A stretch of 64,000 nt of DNA, from the NCBI GenBank assembly GCA_964540825.1, contig CAZINT010000001.1:69315-133314 (forward strand), written 5' to 3'. Shown here one piece after another: positions 19,526 to 31,184 of this stretch. The position numbers and the translations under genes were made by a program. The stretch comes from an uncultured Gammaproteobacteria bacterium. GTDB taxonomy: Bacteria; Patescibacteriota; Patescibacteriia; Magasanikbacterales; GWA2-37-8. Below the pieces are notes generated by a model. That model searched no databases and was not told the DNA's origin. It worked only from the letters and a program-made list of their open reading frames with translations. Position 1 is the stretch's first letter. The number at the start of each line of letters is the position of its first letter.

Positions 19526-20038
19526 ATGAGCCTTAACACCCGTCTTTTTTTTAAGATAAATTCACTCGTCGGCCGAAATAGGGTCTTCGATTTTTTTGGT
19601 AAAGTCGGCGCCGAATACGTTATCATAGCAATGGCCGGGTACTTTGGAGCAGTTATTTTAATTCAAAATTGGCCAGATTATATTACTTCATTTGGAAAAT
19701 TACTCTTTACGCTATGTGCGTGGTCATTTGGGTGGCTTATTAACTTGGGTGTTGGAAAAATCGTTCGAGAACCGCGGCCGCATATTACCTATCCCAAGAG
19801 TAAGCTTTTATTTTCCCCTCTGATGTCGTGGAAGTCGTTTCCTTCGGATCACAGCATGTCAGCTTGGCTGCTCGTTTTCATGGCGCTAGTTCTTCAAATT
19901 CCTTTTGCCGTACTCTTGCTTGGAGCAGTCTGGGTTTCGTGGGGTAGGGTATTTGCCGGCGTCCACTATCCTTTAGATGTGGTGGGGGGAATATCTACGG
20001 CAGGATTGGTAACAGTCCTTTTTTATTTTTTAGCGTAA
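19526..20038 (+). CDS. PAP2-family (undecaprenyl-PP/lipid) phosphatase
   Basis: REPRP, SFPSDH, GRVFAGVHYPLDV motifs; multiple TMs. Confidence 0.88.
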   Translation: MSLNTRLFFKINSLVGRNRVFDFFGKVGAEYVIIAMAGYFGAVILIQNWPDYITSFGKLLFTLCAWSFGWLINLGVGKIVREPRPHITYPKSKLLFSPLMSWKSFPSDHSMSAWLLVFMALVLQIPFAVLLLGAVWVSWGRVFAGVHYPLDVVGGISTAGLVTVLFYFLA

Positions 20039-20105
20039 GTAATTATATATGTCAGAGTCAAAGAATCCGGTCGGTACAAAAAATTAAGATTTTATTGTTT
20101 TGAGT

Positions 20106-21191
20106 ATGAATATTGTTATATTGGCTGGGGGGCAGGGGACACGTTTGTGGCCGCTCGGACGCAAAAATAATCCGAAACAATTTTTTCCGATGATCAGCAA
20201 AAAACCGCTGGTCAAAGAAACATATGATCGTTTCGTAAAGCGTTTTGGAAAGAAAAAAATATTTTTCTCGGTTACTCAAGAACTGGTGCCGTATCTTAAA
20301 AAGATTTTCCCCAGTGTTCCTAAAGAGCAGTTTATTGTAGAGCCAAGCCGTCGCGATACGGCGCCGGCAATGGGGTATGTGGCGGCAAATCTGTTTCTAA
20401 CTCATCCTGATGAACCAATGGTGTTTGTCCCGGCAGACCATTTTATTGCTGATCAGCAAAAATTTCTAGACTGCCTTTCCATTGGTGAACAGCTTGTTGC
20501 TAAGACAGGAAAATTATTGGATATTGGCATAACGGCCACATTTCCAAGCACGGTGCTGGGTTATACGAAAATTGGTAAATTGTTGGAAAAGAAAGAAGGT
20601 ATAGAGATTTTTCGTTTTGAGGGGCATACCGAAAAACCTGATTTAAAAAGAGCGACAAAATATGTCACGAGCGGGCAATACTTGTGGCACGGCAATTATT
20701 ACATGTGGACCCCGCGTTCTTTTTTAGCGGCTTTTGAGCGATATCAGCCCAAGATGTCACTAGTGCTTGAAAGTATCGTGTCAGCTCTTGCAAATAAGCA
20801 GTTCAAAAATATACCTGGCCTTTATGATCAGCTTGATAAAAACGCTTTTGATTATGCAATAACTGAAAAAATTTCCAAAAAAGATGTCCTTATCGTCAAA
20901 GGTGAATTTGGCTGGAGTGATATTGGCGCGTGGGATGTGCTGCACGAACAACTCCGTGAGCCAGAAGGAGATGCTAGTGGTAATGTGATAAAGGGAAATG
21001 TTGTGCATATTGATACAACCAATTGTTTGATCTACGGTGAAGAAAAACACATTGTTGCGGCAGTGGGCCTCGATAATATTATTATTGTTGATACCCCAGA
21101 CGCACTTTTGGTGTGCCCCAAAAATCGCGCCCAAGATGTAAAAAAATTATTACCTGAGATTGAGAAACGAGGTTTAAAGAAATATTTATAA
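20106..21191 (+). CDS. manC: Mannose-1-phosphate guanylyltransferase
   Basis: ILAGGQGTRLWPL, PKQF, EPSRRDTAPA, PADHFI, WSDIGAW. Confidence 0.88.
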   Translation: MNIVILAGGQGTRLWPLGRKNNPKQFFPMISKKPLVKETYDRFVKRFGKKKIFFSVTQELVPYLKKIFPSVPKEQFIVEPSRRDTAPAMGYVAANLFLTHPDEPMVFVPADHFIADQQKFLDCLSIGEQLVAKTGKLLDIGITATFPSTVLGYTKIGKLLEKKEGIEIFRFEGHTEKPDLKRATKYVTSGQYLWHGNYYMWTPRSFLAAFERYQPKMSLVLESIVSALANKQFKNIPGLYDQLDKNAFDYAITEKISKKDVLIVKGEFGWSDIGAWDVLHEQLREPEGDASGNVIKGNVVHIDTTNCLIYGEEKHIVAAVGLDNIIIVDTPDALLVCPKNRAQDVKKLLPEIEKRGLKKYL

Positions 21192-21195
21192 ACCT

Positions 21196-22080
21196 ATGTC
21201 TTTTAATACCAAGGCAATCATATTTTCTTTAGTCATTTTCGTTGCTGTTCCGCTGGTAGGTTGGCACTATTATCGCAAGCTTCATCCTGTATACGTGCCC
21301 GTGCCAATTCCGCCTCGTCCAGAAGTTACCATCACGCTTTTACCGGGTTGGAACCTTCGCCAAATTGGTGATTATTTAGTGCAAATGAAACTTGCGAGCT
21401 CCACCCAGGATCTCTATGATTTAGTAGGCGAACCGGCTGTCCTTAGAACGCGCCGCGCCGGGCCACCACCAAACCTTGTTCCCGAGCTTACGACACTCAG
21501 CCGAAAACCGGCGACGGTTTCATATGAAGGCTACCTGGCACCCGAGACATATCGGGTATTTAAGGACGCGAGCCTAGAAAGCATTGTTACAAAAGTGATG
21601 GGTCAACGTGAGCGGGAACTGGTTGATCTTAAAATTGGAGAACTGGATATTAGCCAACATGTTTTTGGTAGTAAAAAAGGCATATCAGATCTGACGGTCC
21701 ATGATGTTATGACGATGGCGAGTATCTTAGAGCGAGAAGCGCGCACTCCGGAAGATAAAAAAATTGTTGCCGATATTATGTGGCGACGGGCAGCGGCTGG
21801 AGCTGCGCTTCAGATTGATTCAAGTGTTCATTATGTTGTGGACCGCCTCGGCGATGTTTTTACCACCGACAAAGAACGTGATGTTGATTCACTCTGGAAT
21901 ACCTATAAATATCCCGGACTTCCGCCCGGCCCAATTTCTAACCCGAGTGTAGTGTCTATCAAGGCTGCGCTTGACCCGACACCGAACGATTATTGGTATT
22001 TTTTGAGCGGGAGCGATGGGGCAATGCATTATGCCAAGACACTTGAGGAGCATAATCAAAATAGAGTTAAGTATCTTTAA
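21196..22080 (+). CDS. mltG: Endolytic murein transglycosylase (YceG)
   Basis: EGYLAPETY, MASILERE, LQIDSSV, NTYKYPGLPPGPISNP. Confidence 0.9.
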   Translation: MSFNTKAIIFSLVIFVAVPLVGWHYYRKLHPVYVPVPIPPRPEVTITLLPGWNLRQIGDYLVQMKLASSTQDLYDLVGEPAVLRTRRAGPPPNLVPELTTLSRKPATVSYEGYLAPETYRVFKDASLESIVTKVMGQRERELVDLKIGELDISQHVFGSKKGISDLTVHDVMTMASILEREARTPEDKKIVADIMWRRAAAGAALQIDSSVHYVVDRLGDVFTTDKERDVDSLWNTYKYPGLPPGPISNPSVVSIKAALDPTPNDYWYFLSGSDGAMHYAKTLEEHNQNRVKYL

Positions 22081-22097
22081 GTTTTATTTATAGTAGT

Positions 22098-23831
22098 ATG
22101 GAACGTCCGCGCGGCCGATTGTCAGATTCACCCCCGTTATCTTCGGAGTTAATCCGACAAAAAGAATTGGAATATAAAGAAAAGGATGAAATGCTGGCGG
22201 CCGAGCATAGTCATCGCGAAGGTATTTTTCAGCTTTATCTGGAGCGGTTTTTGAAAAGTTCACTCCAGCATAAAGAAGGTTTGATCAAATCATTTAACGA
22301 CGATCTTGATGATAGTTTGGGAGAACAGATAGTAAAACTTCAGCGTCAGTTCGCAGCCATCGTTAAGAGTATTGGTGGTAAAGAAGGTGTGCCAACAGAA
22401 GTTGTTGAAAAATACCAAAAAATTATTTTTGAGTATACGCTTGCGCGTCAGGAATCATGCAACGATGATCAACGCCTTAGTGAGATAAGTGTTGAACTGT
22501 GCGGGAACAGTACTCCTCCCTCAAAAGGAAAAACTCTTTTTCACGAGCATCTGGGCCGTATGCCTCAAGGAATGATCGATGCTGTTCATGAAGAAGCTTA
22601 TTTTATTGTGACCTGTCATACGGCTGAAGATTATTACGCTCTTCGTCCTAGGCAGCGAGAGGATATTCAGAGTGGTGGAAGTTATCATCGTTCTTTTATT
22701 CTACCATTTGAAGCTGAATTAGCTCCTCGAATTTTATTGGTAAATGCCTCAGATGACCTCAATTCCTTGTCTCAGGAGCGAATCGTGCTCCACGAGCGCC
22801 AACATTTTATTAACGACATCCTTTTCAATGTTCAGGATAGAATTAAGGATGAAATTGTGGCATATATCCGAGATATGAGTTCAGGAAAGGAGTTGGTGCG
22901 AGCCTTAAATGAACCTCTCTATAAAGATCTTTTTGCTAAACTTGAAGGTAAGCAGTTAATAAAAGTCAGGCTTTTGATTGATGAGGTTGGTGGTCTGCTT
23001 GATAAAATTGATCATCTCGCAGGTGCAGCTACATGGGGGCATGTTGGATCTGAACGTCAGTCTCAAATTCGAGCAGTAATTGTGGGACAATTAACCCAAG
23101 GGACAATAGAAGAACTAGTTGAAAAACTTCGTCAGATAGAAAAATTTTACCGGCTACGCGCTCAAGAGATTGACCGGGGGATTAGTGCTATGATTGATTT
23201 TAGCACCCTTGATTTTATAGCTTTTAACGGGGTTCAGGAAGGAATTATATTCCCGCGCGCTTATCAGGCGCACGTTAAAAAATATCTTCACGCTCAGTCC
23301 ACTTGGGAAGATGCCAAACGCCGTGCTCTAGAAGACCATTTTTTTGACCCGCGTTCGACTGCCACCATGCTTGCTGAATTAAAACCTTTTGCTCAAAAAT
23401 ATAAGGAAACCCGCGCACCTCTTCTTCGAGATGGCATAAGTATTCCTTTTGGCTCGCTGGAGTGTCGCGTAGAATCTTTGCGAGACGGCATCTATATGGG
23501 TCGAGATCCAGGTAACTCGCTTGCAGCTGTGCGAAGGTCTGAGAATATTTTGGATGCCTTTACAAAACTTTCTCACGAAGAACTCGTTACCATGATTCAT
23601 GCAAAAGATACTCGAGTACCGGCACAAAGTCCTGAGACTGAATTTGTAAAAAATATTTTAGCGAAAGAGAATGTTTTTCCGGAAAGTATTGAAGTGTATG
23701 GTAAAGAAGACCAGCACGAAATAGTATTTTTGATTTACTATTATATATCTCAAAAACCTGACTCCACAGTGACGTTTAATTTTACCGTTACTATTCCCAA
23801 GTTAGAAGGTTTTTTAGATATATATTATTAG
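22098..23831 (+). CDS. Large hypothetical protein with HExxH motif
   Basis: 577-aa ORF; IVLHERQHFIN followed by a downstream DE. Confidence 0.65.
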   Translation: MERPRGRLSDSPPLSSELIRQKELEYKEKDEMLAAEHSHREGIFQLYLERFLKSSLQHKEGLIKSFNDDLDDSLGEQIVKLQRQFAAIVKSIGGKEGVPTEVVEKYQKIIFEYTLARQESCNDDQRLSEISVELCGNSTPPSKGKTLFHEHLGRMPQGMIDAVHEEAYFIVTCHTAEDYYALRPRQREDIQSGGSYHRSFILPFEAELAPRILLVNASDDLNSLSQERIVLHERQHFINDILFNVQDRIKDEIVAYIRDMSSGKELVRALNEPLYKDLFAKLEGKQLIKVRLLIDEVGGLLDKIDHLAGAATWGHVGSERQSQIRAVIVGQLTQGTIEELVEKLRQIEKFYRLRAQEIDRGISAMIDFSTLDFIAFNGVQEGIIFPRAYQAHVKKYLHAQSTWEDAKRRALEDHFFDPRSTATMLAELKPFAQKYKETRAPLLRDGISIPFGSLECRVESLRDGIYMGRDPGNSLAAVRRSENILDAFTKLSHEELVTMIHAKDTRVPAQSPETEFVKNILAKENVFPESIEVYGKEDQHEIVFLIYYYISQKPDSTVTFNFTVTIPKLEGFLDIYY

Positions 23832-23841
23832 TTTGATTTGT

Positions 23842-24960
23842 ATGCTCACAACTGATTTTGATTTTGAACTTCCGACTGATCGTATTGCTCAAACACCCAT
23901 TGAGCCGCGCGATCATTCACGCCTCATGGTAATCGATAAAAAAACGCATGAAGTTCACCATAAACATTTTTACGATATTCTTGACGATCTCAAATCAGGA
24001 GATCTTTTGGTTTGGAATAACTCCAAGGTTTTTAAAGCGCGTCTCTACGGCCGTATCATGCTCGACGAGGCAACTGATGGCCTTAAAAAAACAACCGGCA
24101 ACAGCAGTTCGCCATATTCAGATGTTATTTTGAATGTTCCGGAAGTGGAAGTTTTTTTGGTTCGCCCCATGCCCAATCCAGGTGTCTGGAAAGTGCTCGC
24201 AAAACCCGGCAAAAAATTGCGCCTGGGTATGAAAGTGGTTTTTGCCGAAGACTTTGCAGCCGAAATTCTATGCAAAGAAAAAGACGGAACGATTTTGGTG
24301 CAGTTTAATGAAGACGATTTCAGCGTGCGTGCCAAAGCTAATAAGTATGGTGAGGTACCGCTCCCGCCATATATTTCTAATGAACAAGCTCAAAGCCCGA
24401 CCGCGTCGATTGATGCTCGATACCAAACTGTCTATGCTAAAGAAGAAGGGTCTGTGGCGGCTCCAACCGCTGGATTCCATTTTACTCCGCAACTGATTCA
24501 AAAATTAAAAGCAAAAGGTATCCAGTTTGCCGAAGTCACACTTCACGTGGGGCTTGGTACATTTCTTCCCGTAAAAACCGACAACGTTGAAGAACACAAA
24601 ATGCATAGCGAATGGGTAGAGGTGACGAGTAAAAATGCCGACCTGATCAACGCTGCTAAAGCTGAAGGCAGACGAGTGGTCGCAGTTGGCACAACAACAG
24701 TGCGTACGCTTGAGGGCGTATATCAGACGTGCGGAGAATTAAAAGCGTTTTGTGGCGACATTAATATTTTCATCACACCTGGATTTGTGTTCAATGTTAT
24801 CGACGCGATGATCACTAATTTTCATTTACCAAAGTCGACGCTTCTCATGCTCGTAAGTGCGTTTGCGGGGGATAGGGAATTTATGCTGGAGTGTTATAGA
24901 AAAGCAGTGGAAGCTAAGTATCGCTTTTATAGTTTTGGGGATGCGATGTTTATAGTGTAA
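23842..24960 (+). CDS. queA: SAM:tRNA ribosyltransferase-isomerase
   Basis: DFDFELP..IAQ, PLPPYI, YQTVYA, SVAAPTAGFHF, TNFHLPKSTL, YRFYSFGDAM. Confidence 0.95.
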   Translation: MLTTDFDFELPTDRIAQTPIEPRDHSRLMVIDKKTHEVHHKHFYDILDDLKSGDLLVWNNSKVFKARLYGRIMLDEATDGLKKTTGNSSSPYSDVILNVPEVEVFLVRPMPNPGVWKVLAKPGKKLRLGMKVVFAEDFAAEILCKEKDGTILVQFNEDDFSVRAKANKYGEVPLPPYISNEQAQSPTASIDARYQTVYAKEEGSVAAPTAGFHFTPQLIQKLKAKGIQFAEVTLHVGLGTFLPVKTDNVEEHKMHSEWVEVTSKNADLINAAKAEGRRVVAVGTTTVRTLEGVYQTCGELKAFCGDINIFITPGFVFNVIDAMITNFHLPKSTLLMLVSAFAGDREFMLECYRKAVEAKYRFYSFGDAMFIV

Positions 24961-24966
24961 AATAAT

Positions 24967-24998
24967 AAAAAAACCATCGTCTTTTGACGATGGTTTTT
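24967..24998. terminator. Bidirectional terminator queA/rplK
   Basis: AAAAAACCATCGTC-TTTT-GACGATGGTTTTT. Confidence 0.8.
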
Positions 24999-25008
24999 AT
25001 TTTTGAGT

Positions 25009-25434
25009 TTAACCTTCAACCTTCACACCCATCTGCTTAGCTGTTCCTTCAACCATGCTCATAGCTGCTTCAACTGTGTGGGCATTGAGGTCGGGCATTT
25101 TCTTTTCAGCAATTTCACGAACCTGAGCGCGGGTGATTTTGCCGACTTTTTCCTGGAGTGGTTTGCCGGAACCTTTTTTGATGCCAGCGGCTTTCTTGAT
25201 CATTTCAGCGACCGGCGCAGTCTTCATGATGAAGCTGTAGGTGCGATCGGCATAGACCGAGATGATCACCGGTACTACTTCGCCTTTTTTGTCTTGGGTC
25301 TTGTCGTTGAATTCTTTACAGAAACCAGCGATGTTAAGACCGTGCTGACCGAGGGCTGGACCGACTGGTGGGGCTGGGTTTGCAGCGCCGCCAACGATTT
25401 GGAGTTTGATTTGCGTAAGGACTTTTTTTGCCAT
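25009..25434 (-). CDS. rplK: 50S ribosomal protein L11
   Basis: [22 protein letters not shown]. Confidence 0.97.
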   Translation of the reverse strand: MAKKVLTQIKLQIVGGAANPAPPVGPALGQHGLNIAGFCKEFNDKTQDKKGEVVPVIISVYADRTYSFIMKTAPVAEMIKKAAGIKKGSGKPLQEKVGKITRAQVREIAEKKMPDLNAHTVEAAMSMVEGTAKQMGVKVEG

Positions 25435-25510
25435 AACGGAAATTAATTTTTAAATGTTGTAGTATCTAGGCTGAGAAGCCCCCGTTTGCACGGAGCAGCC
25501 TAGTTTATAC

Positions 25511-26056
25511 TTATACTTTTTTCGCTTGCAGCGCATCCAGTTCAACCGGTGTTTCGCGACCAAACATATTAACCATAACTTTAATGCGTCCGCGTTCGTG
25601 GTCAACATGGCTGATTTTACCTTCAAAGTTTTTGAAAGGACCATCGACGATGCGTACCATTTCATTCACTTCCATATCTACTTTTTGTTCTGGTTCGCTG
25701 CCATTGATGCGCTTCAAGAGCGAATCAACTTCTTTCTGATCGATCGGGGTTGGGGTAGTACCAGAGCCGATGAAACCGGTGACGTTTGGGGTGTTGCGGA
25801 CAACATACCACGAATCATCCGTCACAATCATTTCTACCAAGATGTATCCCGGAAAGATTTTTTCTTCCACCGAAGTCCGTTTGCCGTTTTTAATTTTAAT
25901 CTTCTTTTCTTTGGGAACGAGAACATTAAAAATTTTATCCTGCATATCGAATGATTCGATACGCTGGCTCAGATTACTTTTAACATTTTCTTCGTAGCCG
26001 CTGTAGGTGTGGAGCACATACCAGCGTCGTCCGAGGTTCAGGGTTTGCTTGGCCAT
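25511..26056 (-). CDS. nusG: Transcription termination/antitermination factor NusG
   Basis: WYVLHTYSGYE, FPGYILVEM, KOW domain with GPFKNFEG, MFGRETPVEL. Confidence 0.97.
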   Translation of the reverse strand: MAKQTLNLGRRWYVLHTYSGYEENVKSNLSQRIESFDMQDKIFNVLVPKEKKIKIKNGKRTSVEEKIFPGYILVEMIVTDDSWYVVRNTPNVTGFIGSGTTPTPIDQKEVDSLLKRINGSEPEQKVDMEVNEMVRIVDGPFKNFEGKISHVDHERGRIKVMVNMFGRETPVELDALQAKKV

Positions 26057-26093
26057 AGTTTTAAAAAGTCTCCTCCTTGGAGGACAGGTAAAA

Positions 26094-26288
26094 TTAACGA
26101 GAAATTAAAGCGGTAATGCCGGTAGAAAAGCCGTAGTCGAGTACTGCAAAGAATACAGCGAGACCGAGACTGAGGGCAATAACCAAAATACTATAGTTGA
26201 TAGTCTGTTCTTTTGTTGGCCAGGTCACCTTTTTCATTTCAGTGTATGACCCTACAAAATAGTTTTTGATTGAGGTAAAAAAGCTCAT
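26094..26288 (-). CDS. secE: Preprotein translocase SecE
   Basis: EMKKVTWP plus a single TM; upstream of nusG. Confidence 0.93.
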   Translation of the reverse strand: MSFFTSIKNYFVGSYTEMKKVTWPTKEQTINYSILVIALSLGLAVFFAVLDYGFSTGITALISR

Positions 26289-26420
26289 AAATATCAGGTT
26301 TTTTAAAACAGCCCTGGGGCTGTATTTACAAAGAGAATATACCGTATTGGTAATTATTTGTCAAGAGTAGCAAAAAGCCACCTAAAAGTGGCTTTTTGTG
26401 CATAAATACCGGGATTTTCA

Positions 26421-28520
<2,100 letters not shown>

Positions 28521-28655
28521 TTAAGAGGCGTAAGTAACTAAATAGGACTTTGATTAAGTCGCTCTCATTCTATCATGCCCCGAAAGGCGAGGCAAGCAGC
28601 TCAGGCGGTGTTCCGGGTCCTTTGGAGGATTTACGAGGAAGTAGAATTTAGAATA

Positions 28656-28684
28656 TTGACATATTTTTAACTTTCCGCTAGAAT
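28656..28684 (+). promoter_or_regulatory. rpsB promoter
   Basis: TTGACA-17-TAGAAT, about 105 nt upstream of rpsB. Confidence 0.7.
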
Positions 28685-28793
28685 AAGCCTACTTTAATTA
28701 TCACTCATTAGCTCATTTCTCGATTTTTCGAGTAATTTTCCTCCCTAGGGCCACCCCAAGGGTAAGGCTAAGAGGCAGTAATAAGGAAAAAAT

Positions 28794-29648
28794 ATGACAA
28801 AACTTCCATCTCTCGTTGAGATGCTCAAGGCCGGCGTCCATTTCGGCCATCAGGGTTCCCGTTGGCACCCTAAAATGCAACCGTATATCTTTGGTTCTCG
28901 CAATGGGATCCACGTGATTGATTTGGAAAAAACACTCGAACAGCTCGAGACTACACTTGCGTACGTAAAAGCTGAGGCTGCTCAGGGTAAGAAAATTTTG
29001 TTTGTTGGCACTAAACGCCAGGCGCGCGAAATTATTAAAGCTGCTGCGGAAAGTTGTGGAATGCCGTTTTTGGTTGAACGCTGGATTGGCGGTCTCCTTA
29101 CTAACTTTGATGAATTTAAACGTCGTCTTAAAAAATACACCGGTCTCAAAGAACAGGTTAAAACTGGTGAAATTGAAAAATATACTAAAAAAGAACAGTC
29201 GACCCTTAAGAAACAGCTTGAAAAAATGGATAAATACCTCAGTGGTTTGGTAGATGTTACTAGTCTTCCAGACGCACTTTTCATCGCCGATATGCGCGTT
29301 GAAAAAACAGCGATTACCGAAGCTCGCCGCGTTAACCTTCCGGTTGTGGCGGTTTGTGATACCAACGTTGACCCAACGAAGGCTACCTACGTTATTCCGG
29401 CTAATGATGACGCCATTAATTCTATCCGCATGATTGCTCAGCTCGTGGCTGAAGCGGTTAATGAAGGCAAGCGTGAAGGCGAAAAGAATCGCGCTGCTAT
29501 GGTAGTTGAGCGTGAAAAAGAAGTTGTAGCTGCCAAAGAAGCTAAAGTTGTGGTAGAATCTAAAGAAGAAAAGAAACCAACTAGTCCAAAAGCCGCCACT
29601 GCTCCTAAAAAGGAAAAGCGTGCCCTTCAGGTTGGTGAATCTATCTAG
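28794..29648 (+). CDS. rpsB: 30S ribosomal protein S2
   Basis: AGVHFGH, WHPKM, RWIGGLLTNF, DTNVDP, PANDDAI; Lys/Glu-rich tail. Confidence 0.97.
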   Translation: MTKLPSLVEMLKAGVHFGHQGSRWHPKMQPYIFGSRNGIHVIDLEKTLEQLETTLAYVKAEAAQGKKILFVGTKRQAREIIKAAAESCGMPFLVERWIGGLLTNFDEFKRRLKKYTGLKEQVKTGEIEKYTKKEQSTLKKQLEKMDKYLSGLVDVTSLPDALFIADMRVEKTAITEARRVNLPVVAVCDTNVDPTKATYVIPANDDAINSIRMIAQLVAEAVNEGKREGEKNRAAMVVEREKEVVAAKEAKVVVESKEEKKPTSPKAATAPKKEKRALQVGESI

Positions 29649-29650
29649 TA

Positions 29651-29721
29651 ATAAATAACAAAACACAAAATACAAATAACAAGTATTTTTTGTTTTTTGA
29701 TTTGTATTCTGCTTGGTTATT
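29651..29721. repeat. Degenerate 7-mer tandem repeat in inverted arrangement (rpsB-tsf spacer)
   Basis: AAATAAC-AAAACAC-AAAATAC-AAATAAC followed by a T-rich, roughly complementary half. Confidence 0.5.
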
Positions 29722-29750
29722 AAAAAATTTGAAATTAAGACTATAATTAT

Positions 29751-30392
29751 ATGACTACAGCTGCTGATATCTCGAAGCTTCGTGCTTCAACAGGCGCTGG
29801 CATGCTTGACTGCAAAGCTGCGCTTGAAGAAGCGAATGGCGACCAGGACAAAGCTGGTGAAATCCTTCGTAAAAAGGGTGTTGTTAAGGCCGCTAAACGC
29901 GCGGACAAAGTTGCTGGTGAAGGAGTGGTTGCCAGCTATATTCATGGCGGCGGTCGCATTGGTGTCCTCGTTGAAGTAAACTGTGAAACTGATTTCGTGG
30001 CGCGCACTGATGCCTTTAAAGATTTAGTCAAAGAAATTGCCCTTCATATTTCTGCGGCTAATCCAAAATTTTTGGATCGCACCGAAGTGCCCGCTGAAAT
30101 GATCGCCAAAGAAAAAGAAATCTATGCTGAACAGCTTAAAGGCAAACCAGCTGAAATGATGGAAAATATTCTTAAAGGTAAAATTGAAAAGTTTTACGAA
30201 GAAATTTGCTTGGTAGATCAATTCTACATCAAGGATGACAGTAAAAAAATTCATCAACTTCTTGCCGAAAAGACCGGTGAAACCGGTGAAAAAATTACGA
30301 TCCGTCGCTTTGCTCGCTTTGAGCTTGGTGAAGGCATCGAAAAACACACTAAGAATTTTGCCGATGAAGTGGCTGAGCAGGTTGCAAAATAA
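29751..30392 (+). CDS. tsf: Elongation factor Ts (short form)
   Basis: LRASTGAGMLDCKAAL, EVNCETDFVAR, RRFARFELGE. Confidence 0.96.
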   Translation: MTTAADISKLRASTGAGMLDCKAALEEANGDQDKAGEILRKKGVVKAAKRADKVAGEGVVASYIHGGGRIGVLVEVNCETDFVARTDAFKDLVKEIALHISAANPKFLDRTEVPAEMIAKEKEIYAEQLKGKPAEMMENILKGKIEKFYEEICLVDQFYIKDDSKKIHQLLAEKTGETGEKITIRRFARFELGEGIEKHTKNFADEVAEQVAK

Positions 30393-30401
30393 AATAGAAT
30401 T

Positions 30402-30435
30402 TAAAAAGACGTTCCACTTGTGGAACGTCTTTTTT
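30402..30435. terminator. Bidirectional terminator tsf/cassette 3
   Basis: AAAAAGACGTTCCAC-TT-GTGGAACGTCTTTTT. Confidence 0.8.
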
Positions 30436-30596
30436 GTTTTGTATAAACTTCGAGCCAAATATATTTCCAATTTTTTGGAAACATATTTGGGAGGCTCGAA
30501 GTTTTTTCTCAGCCTCCCCACACGCGTTCAAGCGTTAGTTGAAAGGTGATCCTGAGAGGGTGTGAAGTAGCTTGTTTTGTTCGTGCGCTACTTTTG

Positions 30597-31184
30597 TTAG
30601 TTGGTCGGCAGCCTCAGGAGGCCGCCGGTCTTGTTGATCGGGGTTCCCTCATGGCGCACGCCGCCCGCGATGTAGAAGTAGGAGCCCAGGTTAAACTGGA
30701 ACTCGCGGCCGTCCAGCGCGAACGCCGTGGTGTCCATGCGCAGTGCGAGGATCGTCTTGTAGGGGATGGGTGCCGAGATCGGGGTTCCCATCTGGTTGGG
30801 TCCCCAGTGGGCCGCGCCGTTGGCGAAGGACCAGTTGTGGACCTGGTGGGTCCTGTCCAGGGTCTCGAGGACGTAGCGGGTACCGTCGAGGTTGCTCGCC
30901 AGGCTCCCGGACGCCAGGATGAAGGCCTCGTTGAAGTAGGCCTGGACACAGTCCGTCCCGACCTGACCTTCCACCGAGATGTGGAGCACGTCGGTGTCGG
31001 TGTTCACCGTGATCTCGCCGCTGGGGGTCGAGGGATCCACCTCGAAGTAGGCCCAGGCGTCGCTCAGCTCCCCGGTTCGGCTGACGCACAGGCCGCTTGA
31101 CGAGCTGGTGCTGGCTTGCGGGCTACCGCAGGCGCCGAGCACGAGGTTGAGGCTGATGAGAAGGGATCTGGTTGAGTTTTTCAT
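30597..31184 (-). CDS. Orphan predicted lipoprotein (GC-rich cassette 3)
   Basis: GGAG 5 nt before ATG 31184; MKNSTRSLLISLNLVLGA-C lipobox then a Ser linker; nearly all C/G-ending codons; promoter TTGACA-18-TAGGCT at 31309-31280. Confidence 0.78.
   Translation of the reverse strand: MKNSTRSLLISLNLVLGACGSPQASTSSSSGLCVSRTGELSDAWAYFEVDPSTPSGEITVNTDTDVLHISVEGQVGTDCVQAYFNEAFILASGSLASNLDGTRYVLETLDRTHQVHNWSFANGAAHWGPNQMGTPISAPIPYKTILALRMDTTAFALDGREFQFNLGSYFYIAGGVRHEGTPINKTGGLLRLPTN

Noticed and set aside
28713-29675. 320-aa antisense ORF to rpsB and other long antisense ORFs over conserved genes
   Set aside because: Mirror of biased codon usage; no motifs or start signals.
30541-30552. GGATCACCTTTC (minus strand) resembling the 16S rRNA 3' tail in the cassette 3 trailer
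   Set aside because: A 12-nt imperfect match could be chance; not seen in the other cassettes.
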